DNA of 64,000 nt, taken from contig NC_135758.1 in NCBI RefSeq assembly GCF_052425735.1, positions 806,001 to 870,000 of the forward strand. Direction: 5' to 3'. The notes under the pieces were generated by a model that was not told where the DNA came from, ran no database searches, and was given only the letters and a program-made list of their open reading frames with translations. This DNA comes from Oculina patagonica (Eukaryota). Below are positions 1-11,442 of this stretch, one piece after another. A program made the position numbers and the translations under genes. Each line of letters starts with the position of its first letter. Position 1 is the stretch's first letter.

Positions 1-3000
1 CACTTCACCTCGCAAACAATCAGTTGACAAGACTACCCAAAGGTAAGCCGAATGTTTTCTAAATTGAAAGGAACTACAGTCAACTCTCTTTTAACGGACA
101 CCTCTATAAGACGGACACATATTGATGGTCCCTGCCGTTTTTCAATTTTACTGTAACCAAACTCCCTATAAGACGGACACCTCTCTAAGACGGACAACAG
201 ACACTTTGAAATCATTAACGGACACTTGAGAAGTGTTTTTTATCATGTTTTATTAGCGAAAATACTTCCAAACTTCGTATCGACCTAAAGCAAAGTAAGT
301 CAGCCCCCTAAGGATACGTGTATACCAAGCTTACTAACCAAAAACAATGATGCTTTAACGGATTACTTCTCTGCTTAAGTGTATGGGCACTAAAATGGTC
401 GTTTTCTACTTACAGTATTACAGTTTGTAGAAGCTCTCAACTTTTGCGTTAACAAGCGAATATGCTCCTTAGCTCCTTAGTCTTGTTGCAGTTTGCAAAT
501 TCTTGTTGCATTGTGCAAAGGTTTAGCTTTATTATCTAAGAGTTACTGGTGTCATGTTACCTCGACTCTCTACAAGGCGGACACCTCTCTAAAATGGTCA
601 GCTGCGGCCGGTCCCGAAGGTGTCCGTCTTAGAGAGAGTTGACTCGGGACCCTGTCAGTGGCAGCTGTAAACCTTTTTTAATTTCTTTTCTTTACTTCAG
701 AGCTTGGAAATCTTACAAATTTAAGGAATCTAAATGTCACCAATAACAAGCTTGAATGGTTGCCATGGCAGCTGTGTAATTGCACATCCCTCAAGTTTCT
801 GTCATTTGATGGAAATGCAGTTCAGAAGATTCCACGTAAATTGATGAGACATCCAGGACTGACTGAGCTATACGCAAGTGGGAACAATCTTTCCACTTTA
901 CCTCAAGGTATTAAAGTTTTACTCGTGATTGAAATGAAATTTACCGACAATGCTAAAAAACAAAGATACTGTCTATTATTTTTATGACCGTATAAGGGGG
1001 CCCCTGGTAGAGAGTGTGGCTAAATGGGGGGGGGGGGGGGGGAGGGGCTCATTTCAAATCATATATCAGTCATGATTAAAAGCGTAACAATGGTCAAAGG
1101 TGGGGGCTTAAAGGAGCTATATCACTGGGTTTTCGCATATGTTTGGCCTGAACTGTACTGAAATTAGTGGTAGGCAACTTAAACCCTGAAAAAATTATCT
1201 TAGATTATAGCCTTAATTTGCAGATAGAAATCAAACTTTAGCTATAAATATCAGTGTTTTGACGACGTGCGCAAACTCTTTGAAAAGTTTAGCCTCAATT
1301 TTTCAAGTTGCAATCCATTTCCATCTGCAGCCAAATATGCTTGTCAACAGTTTCAGTGCACTAATATAGAGAATTGTTCATAAAAATGGACCATTATTTT
1401 TAGGTTTCATAGCTAGGGCACAAATATAAATGTTAGAGGTTAAAATCTGTGACAAAGCCCCTTTTATTATGGGGTCTTTTTAGAGAGGGGGGGGGAGGGG
1501 GGCGCTTAATAGAGCTTTATGGAAGTTATTTTTCACTTCCTCAGAAGACAATTTTATTATGACTTGACAGAAAGCAAAGATATATATCAGTTGATATATA
1601 TATATTTAATATACTTTCCTTCGCCAACTGGTTGTTATTGTGGCTTTACAGATTTGGATAAACTTATCTCACTGGAATCACTTATATTGGATAACAACAT
1701 TGAACTTCATCTGTTACCAGCAACACTGCTGAAAATGGAGAATTTAAAGATGATCGGGTTATATTGGTATGCATTCATCATTTAAACTAAATCCTAATTG
1801 CAGTTCCTAGAAGAGTGATTAATTTAGATAAACCGGCAGGAAATTTTGTATTGTTATTATTTCAACACCTTAATTTGTCAAACAAACAGCTTGTGAGAAA
1901 ACTGTAAATCACTACGCATAAAGGACTACGGGGTATCGTCACCAAATTCTTATAATCCAATGAAAAAGAAGTTAACGCAATGTGGGAGGAGTTTTCAGCG
2001 ACTCATTCACATTTGAGGAGCAGGGTGGGTGTTGCTCACGCATTCCTTTTTGTTTAATTATGACTTGCCTTTTCTTTCTACGCACCTACACTATGGAACA
2101 GTCTTCTGGATTCCATTAAAAATACAACATCTCTTTCTCTTGTAATTTCCTTGTTTCTTTTACCAACCACATTTTCATTGTGTTATCATAATTTTGCATT
2201 TAGTCATATGCATTACATTGGACTTCACTTAATGAATAAAATTCAGTGTTTGTGAGTGTGAATATGTTTGGCTGCAATTATAGTGGGTGAGATTAGATGG
2301 CAGCACCTTAACTTATAAAGCTCAGTGATCTGATACACTAACTTAATAAACTAACAATCCCAATTTCTCAATCCATCATTCCTCTACAAACCTCCTGATA
2401 ACTCAACCCAAAAGTTCCCACTCACCAGGCAAACACTGTAATTTTCGTTTCTATTGGAGGTTCAAAACAATTCAAGATTCCACACTGACTGTACTTTAAT
2501 TTTATCAATCAATAATTGCCATACTGATATTTTTCTTTTGTATTAACGTCTTGTAGTTCTTTTGAAACGCTGCCCAGATTGCAAAAAGATAAAAGTGGTA
2601 AGTGAAGCTAAGGGAAATCACGTATCAAACAGCTTAAGTTTATTTCTTGGTGATAGCAATACTAGTCTTGCTAACTAAGTTAACTGTCAATCAATTCTCA
2701 GTGAGCCAATTCCTTTGTGTTTAAGAATTTAAAAACTAAAATGCTGAAAATATTTGCTCAACAGATTTGCAACAAGTTCAAAATTTGGGGCGTGTCCTTA
2801 GAAAGAATGATGGAAGTATCCCCCCACTTCTAGAGTTGTGCTTAAGAACAGTCTATCCTCTTGGTAAGAACATCATTCTCTGTGTATTATGTTGCTCGAG
2901 TTCCTTATGTTTGGAACGACGCTGTACACTTGGTCAGTGTGTGACCAGCGCTAACAAAGTTAGGCCATCCCAATGAAATGTTTCGTTCCCCATCGCCCGA

Positions 3001-3939
3001 CCGACCCATTATTTTCAAAAAGTAAAAAAAAAAAAAAAATTGCAGATTCACTAGTTAAAGGAGCAAGTACTTTAATTTACAAGCACACGATCTTGTTTTA
3101 TCAACAACAATTGACATTATGTGATGTCCTTGCCTTTAATTTTGATTAAAGAAAGAATAACGGAAATAACGAACGAAATAGCCACCTTTTCGCATTCGTA
3201 ACCCGAGGCTTTCTTCCTTCAAGTGTTCCATCTTTTTTTTTTTTTTTGCCCGACCGACCGACCCACCATCACAAGAGACGAGGCGATGGGAAACGAAACA
3301 TTTTATTGAGATGGCCTTAACATCGCAGTAATGTACTCAACTTAAGCAGTTGAGAAAAGCAAGCCTGAAAAAAATTCAGGCTTATCCTTCACTGCTTTTT
3401 ATAACGTTTTCTTACATTTTTGCTTCAAGCTCTTACAAACTTCAAGGTCACGAGAACCGGAAGTGACACTGGTATTCGACACGCATTTTTGCATGTGATA
3501 ACATCTTTGCTCAGATTGGCTAGAATGCCCCTACAAACGTAGCCAATTTTCTCTGTTTTACGCACCCTCAGCCATTAAAGGTGTTTTTTGAAACCCTGTC
3601 AGAATAAACCCATTATTAATTTCTTACTTCTTTCACTTCACAGTTCAATCGGCCAGCGATGAGAACCTTTCGTCTCTTGTCCTGCCATCTCATTTGACCA
3701 ACCTGCTGAGCACACCAACTGGACACTGCTTTGTTTGCTGCAGTCCTTACTTCACAACAGAATTCCCTTTGGAGGAAAGTGCTGACATAGCGCTGCGAGT
3801 TGTAAATCCCAGCTCCGAAAGCTTACAGAGATTGCGCGGCATCGCCTGTCCGTTTGTTTTTTTCTGCTGCTCAAGAAGCTGTTTGGATGAAGTGTGCAGA
3901 TTGCGTGACAATCTTGACAAGGAAGCAAATCCTCATTAA
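1..3939 (+). CDS. LRRC28: LRRC28-like leucine-rich repeat protein, copy 1 (5' part lies outside the window); exons <1-42, 701-907, 1652-1766, 2557-2597, 2765-2863, 3644-3939
   Basis: GT-AG bounded exons stay in frame. LRR motifs LxxLxLxxNxL, 'ILDNNIELHLLP', 'IPPLLELCLRTVY' and a C-terminal CxxC...FFCCSRSC motif resemble LRRC28 (recognised from memory, not searched). Exon-for-exon paralog of 11443-15996. Confidence 0.8.
77..644. mobile_element. Tc1/mariner-pogo-type MITE in LRRC28 copy 1 intron
   Basis: TA|CAGTCAACTCTCT... at the left end and ...AGAGAGAGTTGACT at the right end; internal AAGACGGACAC repeats. Absent from the 93-bp homologous intron of copy 2. Confidence 0.7.
1112..1462. mobile_element. 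Non-autonomous DNA transposon with Kolobok-like ends
   Basis: TTAA|AGGAGCTATATCAC ... GTGACAAAGCCCCT|TTTA: imperfect TIRs with a TTAA-like target. Confidence 0.45.
2963..3316. mobile_element. PIF/Harbinger-like MITE
   Basis: TIR GGCCATCCCAATGAAATGTTTCGTTCCC / GGGAAACGAAACATTTTATTGAGATGGCC with a 3-bp TTA duplication. Not present at the paralogous position in copy 2. Confidence 0.75.
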
Positions 3940-4955
3940 ATGAATTTTCTCTCTGTTCACTCTGTTCAGCGGGAAAGGAACCAATCACACAGAAATATTT
4001 GTTAACTTAAGACTGTTAAACAACATTGCGTTGAAGAATGTCCGTTTTGTTGTAAAATATCTTTGTACAATTATCATTGTAGCAGAATGAAGAACAAAGT
4101 TCTCATTTTGTGTTACGTGTTACGACTTTCAAGAGTTGATTGTGTGACAGTTTTCTTTGGCAAACTGTGTATTTATCATTTTGACTGAAATTTCTGGGAT
4201 TATTATTCAACAAATTGCCACTTTGCATTGCCCACTCTGATGTATCTAGCTTTAAAGTGCATTTCGTTGACAATTTGTTTTAAAATGATGAAACGATGAT
4301 CCTGGAAAATCAACTGATTCTAGCCAACGAGGCCTGTGCATAGTTGGCTAAAATCAGTTGACAATTGTTAAATATTCTGTAACAGGTCAGTTTTGAGAAG
4401 AACTCTGAGCTCGACCTTGAACTTCTCCTTACAATTTCAATACATTATCAAAAAGACAAGTGGGGAGAATATAAAGAATCATCAAATAAGAGATCAGGCT
4501 TGATGTAAATTCTTAGAAGTAATGAAAAATGTAGCTTGCAATTGAACTGAAGTGTTGAAACAAAAGTAAACACTGACAATTTTACTTTCAAACTATACCG
4601 TAAAATTCTAGTTATAAGGGGTTTTGTGTGGGCTTATAAGCTGAGGGGCTTATATCTAGGAGGAATAAAAAGTTTCGAAATGAGCCACTGGAGTGTTGAT
4701 CGAAATACGTTTTTAGGTATAAAAGGCATAAAAAAACAACATTTAGCCCTGTTCAGTACTGTCATCCGGCAGAGGGGGGCTTATATTTGGGGGAGGGGGC
4801 TTATAATCGGATGTGTTTTTTTGTTTCCAGGTAGATGGGCCTATAACAGGGGGGGGGGGGGGCTTATAAGTGGGGGGACTTATAACCGGAATTTAACGGT
4901 ATGTCATTCTCATCTTCAGAGCCACAATCAATAATAGGTTTAAGGACTTTACATA

Positions 4956-5650
4956 CAGTCGAAGCTCTCTTAACGGACACTCTCGTAAGCGGACAGCTCT
5001 ACTTACGACCGCCTTGTTTGAAACCCTTTAACTCCCATGCAAACTCTGTATTTTTACATTCTCGTAAGCGGACATTCCCGTAAGCGGCCGCGGACACTTT
5101 CTGAGATTACGACTTAGGCATATAAGATATTGCTGTCGTCACCTATTGTTATTTTGTTGCCAGCTTGACAGTTAAAACAAAGGGTTTTTGTTTAATTTGT
5201 TGGATATTTAAATAACAAAAACAAAACTTATAAACAAGAAGTGCTCGCGTATAGCTTTTAAAACTTTTGGTTTCCTTGCGCTATGCTACATTTAACATAT
5301 TCCCAGGCCTCGTTGTTTTGTTTTTGTTTGCTTTTTTATCTGAGACCCACGTAGTATCATCCGATGGACGGGCTTAACAACAACGGACGAGTCTATGAGG
5401 AAAACAACTTCGTGTAAGAAGACGTCAGAGTCGCTCTTCTGGTCAACCTCGCTGATTGGCCACAAAAATATTTTTGTGGCCAATCAAGGGGAAGGAGTTC
5501 AAACGCTTCTGGAACTGGTTCGGTAAGACAAAGTGCCCAGGGGCTGTTACGCTCTATGTTGTAAACTTTCGCCCGAAAATCCCGTTGTCCCGATAAGCTG
5601 CCCGTCGCCCCCACTAACTGCCCCTGGGTCTCCGAGGATGGAGTTGACTG
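4956..5650. mobile_element. Tc1/mariner-type MITE with nested repeat insertion
   Basis: TA|CAGTCGAAGCTCTCTTAACGGACAC ... GAGTTGACTG|TA; related to the 77-644 family. Confidence 0.5.
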
Positions 5651-5905
5651 TATTAAGTAATCAATTAGAGACCAGGGCCGTGCATAGCAGGGGGCAGGGG
5701 GGGGGGCACTTGCTCCCGCCAGGAAAACTAAAACATCTAAGAAAACTAAAGAAATAAAAAAGTAAAAAAACAAAAAACAAAAAAACATATAAAAACTAAA
5801 AAAACAAAGAAAACTTAAGAAAAAAAGTGCCCTCCCACAGGTTGTAGAGTCTATGTTGACTGGTTGTTGCTTGGTTTACACATTAAGTAATCAATTAGAG
5901 ACCAG

Positions 5906-6133
5906 GGGTCCGTTTCTCGAAAGCCCCGAAAACTTAACGGGCCCGTTAAGCCATTTTAAATTATCTGTGTTTTTAAAACAGAGAATTGTATATGCCTGAA
6001 ACTTTGCATGAAGGAAGCCTCCATTCATATTAAAAATATCATGGAATTAAACAGCTCTTTAATAAAAGGGTTTGAGATTTTGCTATGGCTTTACGGGCCC
6101 GTTAAGTTTTCGGGGCTTTCGAGAAACAGGCCC
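5906..6133. mobile_element. Harbinger-like MITE with CAG target duplication
   Basis: ~40-bp TIRs (GGGTCCGTTTCTCGAAAGCCCCGAAAACTTAACGGGCCCG). It interrupts the second copy of a local tandem duplication; the empty site GAGACCAGGGCC is visible at ~5668. Confidence 0.8.
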
Positions 6134-6939
6134 CAGGGCCGTGCATAGCAGGGGACAGGGGGGGGGGGCAGTTGCTCCCGCCAGGAAAACTAAAGAATCT
6201 AAGAAAACTAAAGAAATAAAAAAAGTAAAATAAAAAAAAACAAAAAAAACAAAGAAAAACTAAAATACAGCCCTGGAGACTCCATTTAAGATCTCTCTCA
6301 GTAGTGGTACAAGTAAGTAATTAATTTAACAAATTGACGTCAATTTTTTTATGCATCAGTCCTCTAACTGATGATAAATATTATTGCATCATAACATTGC
6401 CAAAGTGTTTTGGATCCACGAGCCGCATGTGAATGGATCCACAACCAACTTTAATAATGTTATGACGCAATAAATATTCATCATGAGTAAGAGGACAGAT
6501 GCATAAAAAACTGATGTCAATTTGTTTTTTACAATAACAAAAGGTAAAAAAGGTCAAATGTGCGGTTAAAAAAGAGAAAACACATCAAGTAAACTTGAAA
6601 ATTTCTGAATTTTATTGAAACTGACGCAATCAGGGCACAACTATTGTCAATAACTTTGGCAGCTTCTCATTGGCACCTAACAACACTCAAGAGAATTTCA
6701 TTGGCTAAAAACTGCCAGGTTGACAGCATGCTTAACACGCCAATGCCTTGCATAAATTAAACTTTTATGTGTCTGTACTCTTAGGCAGTAAGACACTACC
6801 TCTCTGGAACCTCTATTTTCATTCGCCAGCTGTAAACACTACCTCTATTGTTATTCAGGGCTAGGGGCATTTGTTGTCACCTGTTATCTATTGTTTTAAG
6901 AGCCAATGAATTAACTCGTTCCGAGAGGTAGTGGGCGAC

Positions 6940-7382
6940 CCTGGGGGGGGGGGGGGTACTCCCATATATGGCCTACCGGTATATAGGTATGTGCCGCCCG
7001 ATAGGGTATGGTTTTTGAGGTTCTCGGTCCTTAAATAGGGTATCATATTTGGTCCTTTTGGCATTTTGTTCCTGGTGTGATCCGTAGATTGGGTACCTAT
7101 ATTCTATCAGCTTTAATAAACGCCCAGATAAACGAAAAAAGGTATCTTAAAACTGAACTACCCGTTCAAGTATTAGTAAAGGGATTTTATACAGATTTGT
7201 GTTTGACCGTGCACGGTTAGCCGCTATTTGGGTCGTCACGGAACGCTTCTCCTTCCCTTCGGTTTGGGGCCTTCAAAAGGCTATCAATTTTCGCTTTCTT
7301 TATCCTAAATAGGGTAAGTGTTTAAGAACCTTGGCGGCACACCCCTATCCGAAATTTATGGGAGTACCCCCCCCCCCCCCGG
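6940..7382. mobile_element. MITE with poly-G/poly-C TIRs and 8-bp TSD
   Basis: CCTGGGGGGG...GTACTCCC / GGGAGTACCCCCCC...CGG flanked by direct repeat TGGGCGAC. Related decayed copies at ~13673-14034 and ~36395-36812. Confidence 0.75.
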
Positions 7383-7412
7383 TGGGCGACTCCTCTTACG
7401 GCCTGATTACAT

Positions 7413-7762
7413 CGGTGTCTCACATTTGCAGAATGCAGAATGCAGACTAACAGAATATATTGAAAGCTAACCGTAAACAGGCTAACCGAAGTGCTATTAA
7501 GGCTAACCGGAGTGAATAGTAGGCTAACCGGAGTGTGTAGTTGGCTAACCCGAGTGAAAAGTTCACTCCGGTTAGCCTACTACAAACTTCAATTAGCCTA
7601 CTTTACACTCTGGTTAGCCTGTTTACGGTTAGCTTTCAATAATGGTAAAGGTAACACAATATATTCTGTTAGTCTGCATTCTGCATTCTGCATTCTGGGT
7701 TCTGCATTCTGCGTTCTGCAGTCTACATTCTGCATTGTGCATTCTGCAAATGTCAGACACCG
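7413..7762. mobile_element. Fold-back MITE with 9-bp TSD nested in a Harbinger-like MITE (~7399-8006)
   Basis: CGGTGTCTCACATTTGCAGAATGCA / TGCATTCTGCAAATGTCAGACACCG TIRs; TSD TGATTACAT at 7404-7412 and 7763-7771; internal TGCAGAA heptamer repeats. Confidence 0.85.
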
Positions 7763-8639
7763 TGATTACATGGCGAATTTCAGCCCGGGCTGAAATTTCA
7801 GTCCAGTTTGCCAGGCTGAGATTTCAACCCGGCTTCCAAAACAAATCTTCTTAAAAACACGTCTGCAAAAGTTTCATCCGGGGCCAAATTACAGCCTGGG
7901 CTGAAATTTCCAGCCGGGTTTCCAAAACCGGGGTGGAAATCGCAGCTGAAAAACCTCATGCAATCGCATATTCAATTTCAGCCTGGGCCCCCATATAATC
8001 TGGCCCTTATTGATGACATCTTTCAGGCTGTTTGCATGGCAAACATACATTTATGCAGCTTACCTTTTGGCAGTAGCAGTGTAGATCACACCACAATCAC
8101 AGTCCACAGTTAAACAAAATTGTTCCATCCAACTCAAGCACAGCGAAACTTCTTAGCAGTTTAAGATTCCTCGTGACTCAAATATTCCCTTGAGCATAAA
8201 TTTTAGATAAAAGATGATCTCTGTTACGCCAAAGCCAGTCAAAATAAATTCGATGTCCTAACATGCACACGTGCTTGAGAAGCAAAAATGTTATCGTGTG
8301 TTGAATGTGATTCAAAGGGAGAAGCTCCCATCCACGATTAACATGTTATAAAATAAACGTTGCTCTAGGGCATTATAATGAAGAAACGCCTTGATAATGA
8401 GTCTTTCGAGACAAAATATAAGCTTAAACATGTTAAACTCAGACTAAATAGTACTCAACAAATGAGAGAGGTGCAGTGTTGCGTATTATCATTATATCAG
8501 GACTAATAATCAATTATGATATATCACGTTTTTTTCTATATGTTTCTTCTAAGGGATAGTGCTATTATCATGATATATCTTTGGTGATATAAGGGGTTGA
8601 TTTTTTGATATTCCGCAATGGGGTTTTTTCTGATTATAA

Positions 8640-10297
8640 AGATATGTTATCATGATATTATCAGAATACTTAAATAAGTAACTATTTCTCTTTTCCCTGT
8701 GATACAGTGATTTATCATGATATTATCAGAATATATAATTAAGTGGTTTTTCTTCTCCTCCCAGTGATATAGTGATAAATCATGATATTATCAGAATATT
8801 TAATTAAGTAGTATTTCTTCTCCTCCCAGTGATATAGTGATAAATCATGATATTATCAGAATATTTAATTAAGTAGTATTTCTTCTTCTCCCAGTGATAT
8901 AGTGATAAATCATGATATTATCAGAATATTTAATTAGGTAGTATTTCTTCTCCTCCCAGTGATATAGTGATAAATCATGATATTATCAGAATATTTAATT
9001 AACTAACTTTATTTCTCCTCCCAGTGATATAGTGATAAATCATGATATTATCAGAATATTTAATTAAGTAGTATTTCTTCTTCTCCCAGTGATATAGTGA
9101 TAAATCATGATATTATCAGAATATTTAATTACGTGGTTTTTCTTCTCCTCCCAGTGATAAAGTGATAAATCATGATATTATCAGAATATTTAATTAAGTA
9201 GTATTTCTTCTCCTCCCAGTGATAGAGTGATAAATCATGATATTATCAGAATATTTAATTAAGTGGTTTTTCTTCTCCTCCCAGTGATAGAGTGATAAAT
9301 CATGATATTATCAGAATATTTAATTAACTAACTTTATTTCTCCTCCCAGTGATATAGTGATAAATCATGATATTATCAGAATATTTAATTAAGTAGTATT
9401 TCTTCTACTCCCAGTGATATAGTGATAAATCATGATATTATCAGAATATTTAATGAAGTAGTATTTCTTCTCCTCCTAGTGATAGAGTGATAAATCATGA
9501 TATTATCAGAATATTTAATTAACTAACTTTACTTCTCCTCCCAATGATAGAGTGATTTATCATGATATTATCAGAATATTTAATGAAGTAGTATTTCTTC
9601 TCCTCCTAGTGATAGAGTGATAAATCATGATATTATCAGAATATTTAATTAACTAACTTTATTTCTCCTCCCAGTGATATAGTGATAAATCATGATATTA
9701 TCAGAATATTTAATTACGTGGTTTTTCTTCTCCTCCCAGTGATAAAGTGATAAATCATGATATTATCAGAATATTTAATTAAGTAGTATTTCTTCTCCTC
9801 CCAGTGATAGAGTGATAAATCATGATATTATCAGAATATTTAATTAAGTGGTTTTTCTTCTCCTCCCAGTGATAGAGTGATAAATCATGATATTATCAGA
9901 ATATTTAATTAACTAACTTTATTTCTCCTCCCAGTGATATAGTGATAAATCATGATATTATCAGAATATTTAATTAAGTAGTATTTCTTCTACTCCCAGT
10001 GATATAGTGATAAATCATGATATTATCAGAATATTTAATGAAGTAGTATTTCTTCTCCTCCTAGTGATAGAGTGATAAATCATGATATTATCAGAATATT
10101 TAATTAACTAACTTTACTTCTCCTCCCAATGATAGAGTGATTTATCATGATATTATCAGAATATTTAATGAAGTAGTATTTCTTCTCCTCCTAGTGATAG
10201 AGTGATAAATCATGATATTATCAGAATATTTAATTAACTAACTTTACTTCTCCTCTCAGTGATAAAATGATAAATCATGATTTTATCAGAATACTGC
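8640..10297. repeat. 65-bp tandem satellite, ~25 copies
   Basis: CCAGTGATATAGTGATAAATCATGATATTATCAGAATATTTAATTAAGTAGTATTTCTTCTCCTC recurs at 8761, 8826, 8891 and onward (period 65). Confidence 0.97.
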
Positions 10298-10300
10298 ACT

Positions 10301-10510
10301 TACCCTAAACCCTAACCTAACCTAACCTAGCCTAGCCTAGCCTAACCTAACCTAACCTAACCTAACCTAACCTAACCCTATTCCTAACCCTAACCTAACC
10401 TAACCCTAACCCTAACCTAACCTTAACCCTAACCTCCCTAACCTAACCCTAACTCTTACTCAAACCCTAACCCTGAATAACATTGCCTCTGAACTCTAAC
10501 CCTAACTTAC
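10301..10510. repeat. Interstitial telomere-like tract (CCCTAA / CCTAA / CCTAG mix)
   Basis: Directly visible degenerate (CCCTAA)n and (CCTAA)n runs. Confidence 0.9.
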
Positions 10511-11442
10511 ATTAACCCGAGACAATCCCAATACGTAAATCTTACCCGCATCTTACTAAATACGTATTTGAAAGTTGCAAGAAAAATGACGCAGTACAAA
10601 CTAAATATTTTCTGCTTTGTGAATGACCGGCATTAAAAGGCCAAAGAGTGAGTTAAAAAAAGCCAAAATCGGGTGTTACGAAAGTTAATCTTGCCGTGTC
10701 TAAAAGGAGTAAATAGCAATGTGATTATGTAGTTTTGTGGACAATTTTGATATTATCACGATATATCATAATATCATTGTGTCTGTTATTGCTTGAGTGA
10801 GATTTGAAAATGATAGTGATACATGATATGATTCTAACTTGATAGTGATACCTTGATAATGATAATTTAAAAATTTGATAACAAAAAGTATTCTAGCAAC
10901 TATGATGTAAATACGATATGATAATGTAAATGATATTTTTGATATTTAAAACGGAAAAATATTTTTTGATATTATCATGCAGTTATCACCAAAATATCAC
11001 TGAGATATCAAAATATCAGTTATCAAACTAATGATATTCTATCATGAGATTTTGATAAACCGCAATCCTCCACCTTAGTGCAACAAATTCTGCTCTGGAA
11101 AGCAAAACTCATGATTGATACCGCTGACCATCACAACTTCGAAGGACTGGAACCTATTATTGCGTGACATCCAAAAAAGTGTACGGTGTCGAATCCATAA
11201 TCTTTTATATAACTTCGCCTTCGCTGTTATCAAACCACAACTGAACAACAGATGAAGCGTATTTTAACTCGATGTGGCCTGTTCTTGGTTTGAGAGCGCC
11301 ATCTCTGCGCCCGCCATAAATTGACAACGTCACTGAACCCGCGAGTATACGAACCTTCGATCCGAAACTTCTCGAATATGGCGGCCGAGATTGCTCGCTA
11401 ATTAGCTCAAATGTTTTTGTCGGTAAACATTTGATGTTACTA

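Larger units (their letters stand above)
8469..11075. mobile_element. Putative non-autonomous element carrying a satellite and a telomere-like tract
   Basis: Imperfect 23-bp terminal inverted repeat (AGGTGCAGTGTTGCGTATTATCA vs reverse complement of TGATAAACCGCAATCCTCCACCT, 18/23). TGATAT/ATATCA-rich arms; no clear TSD. Confidence 0.45.

Noticed and set aside
8640-10297. CRISPR-like array (constant repeat with a variable window)
   Set aside because: The variable part is ~10 bp and recurs among only 3-4 variants; no unique spacers or cas genes; eukaryotic context.
10301-10510. True telomere or chromosome end
   Set aside because: Short, degenerate, interstitial, with genes on both sides.
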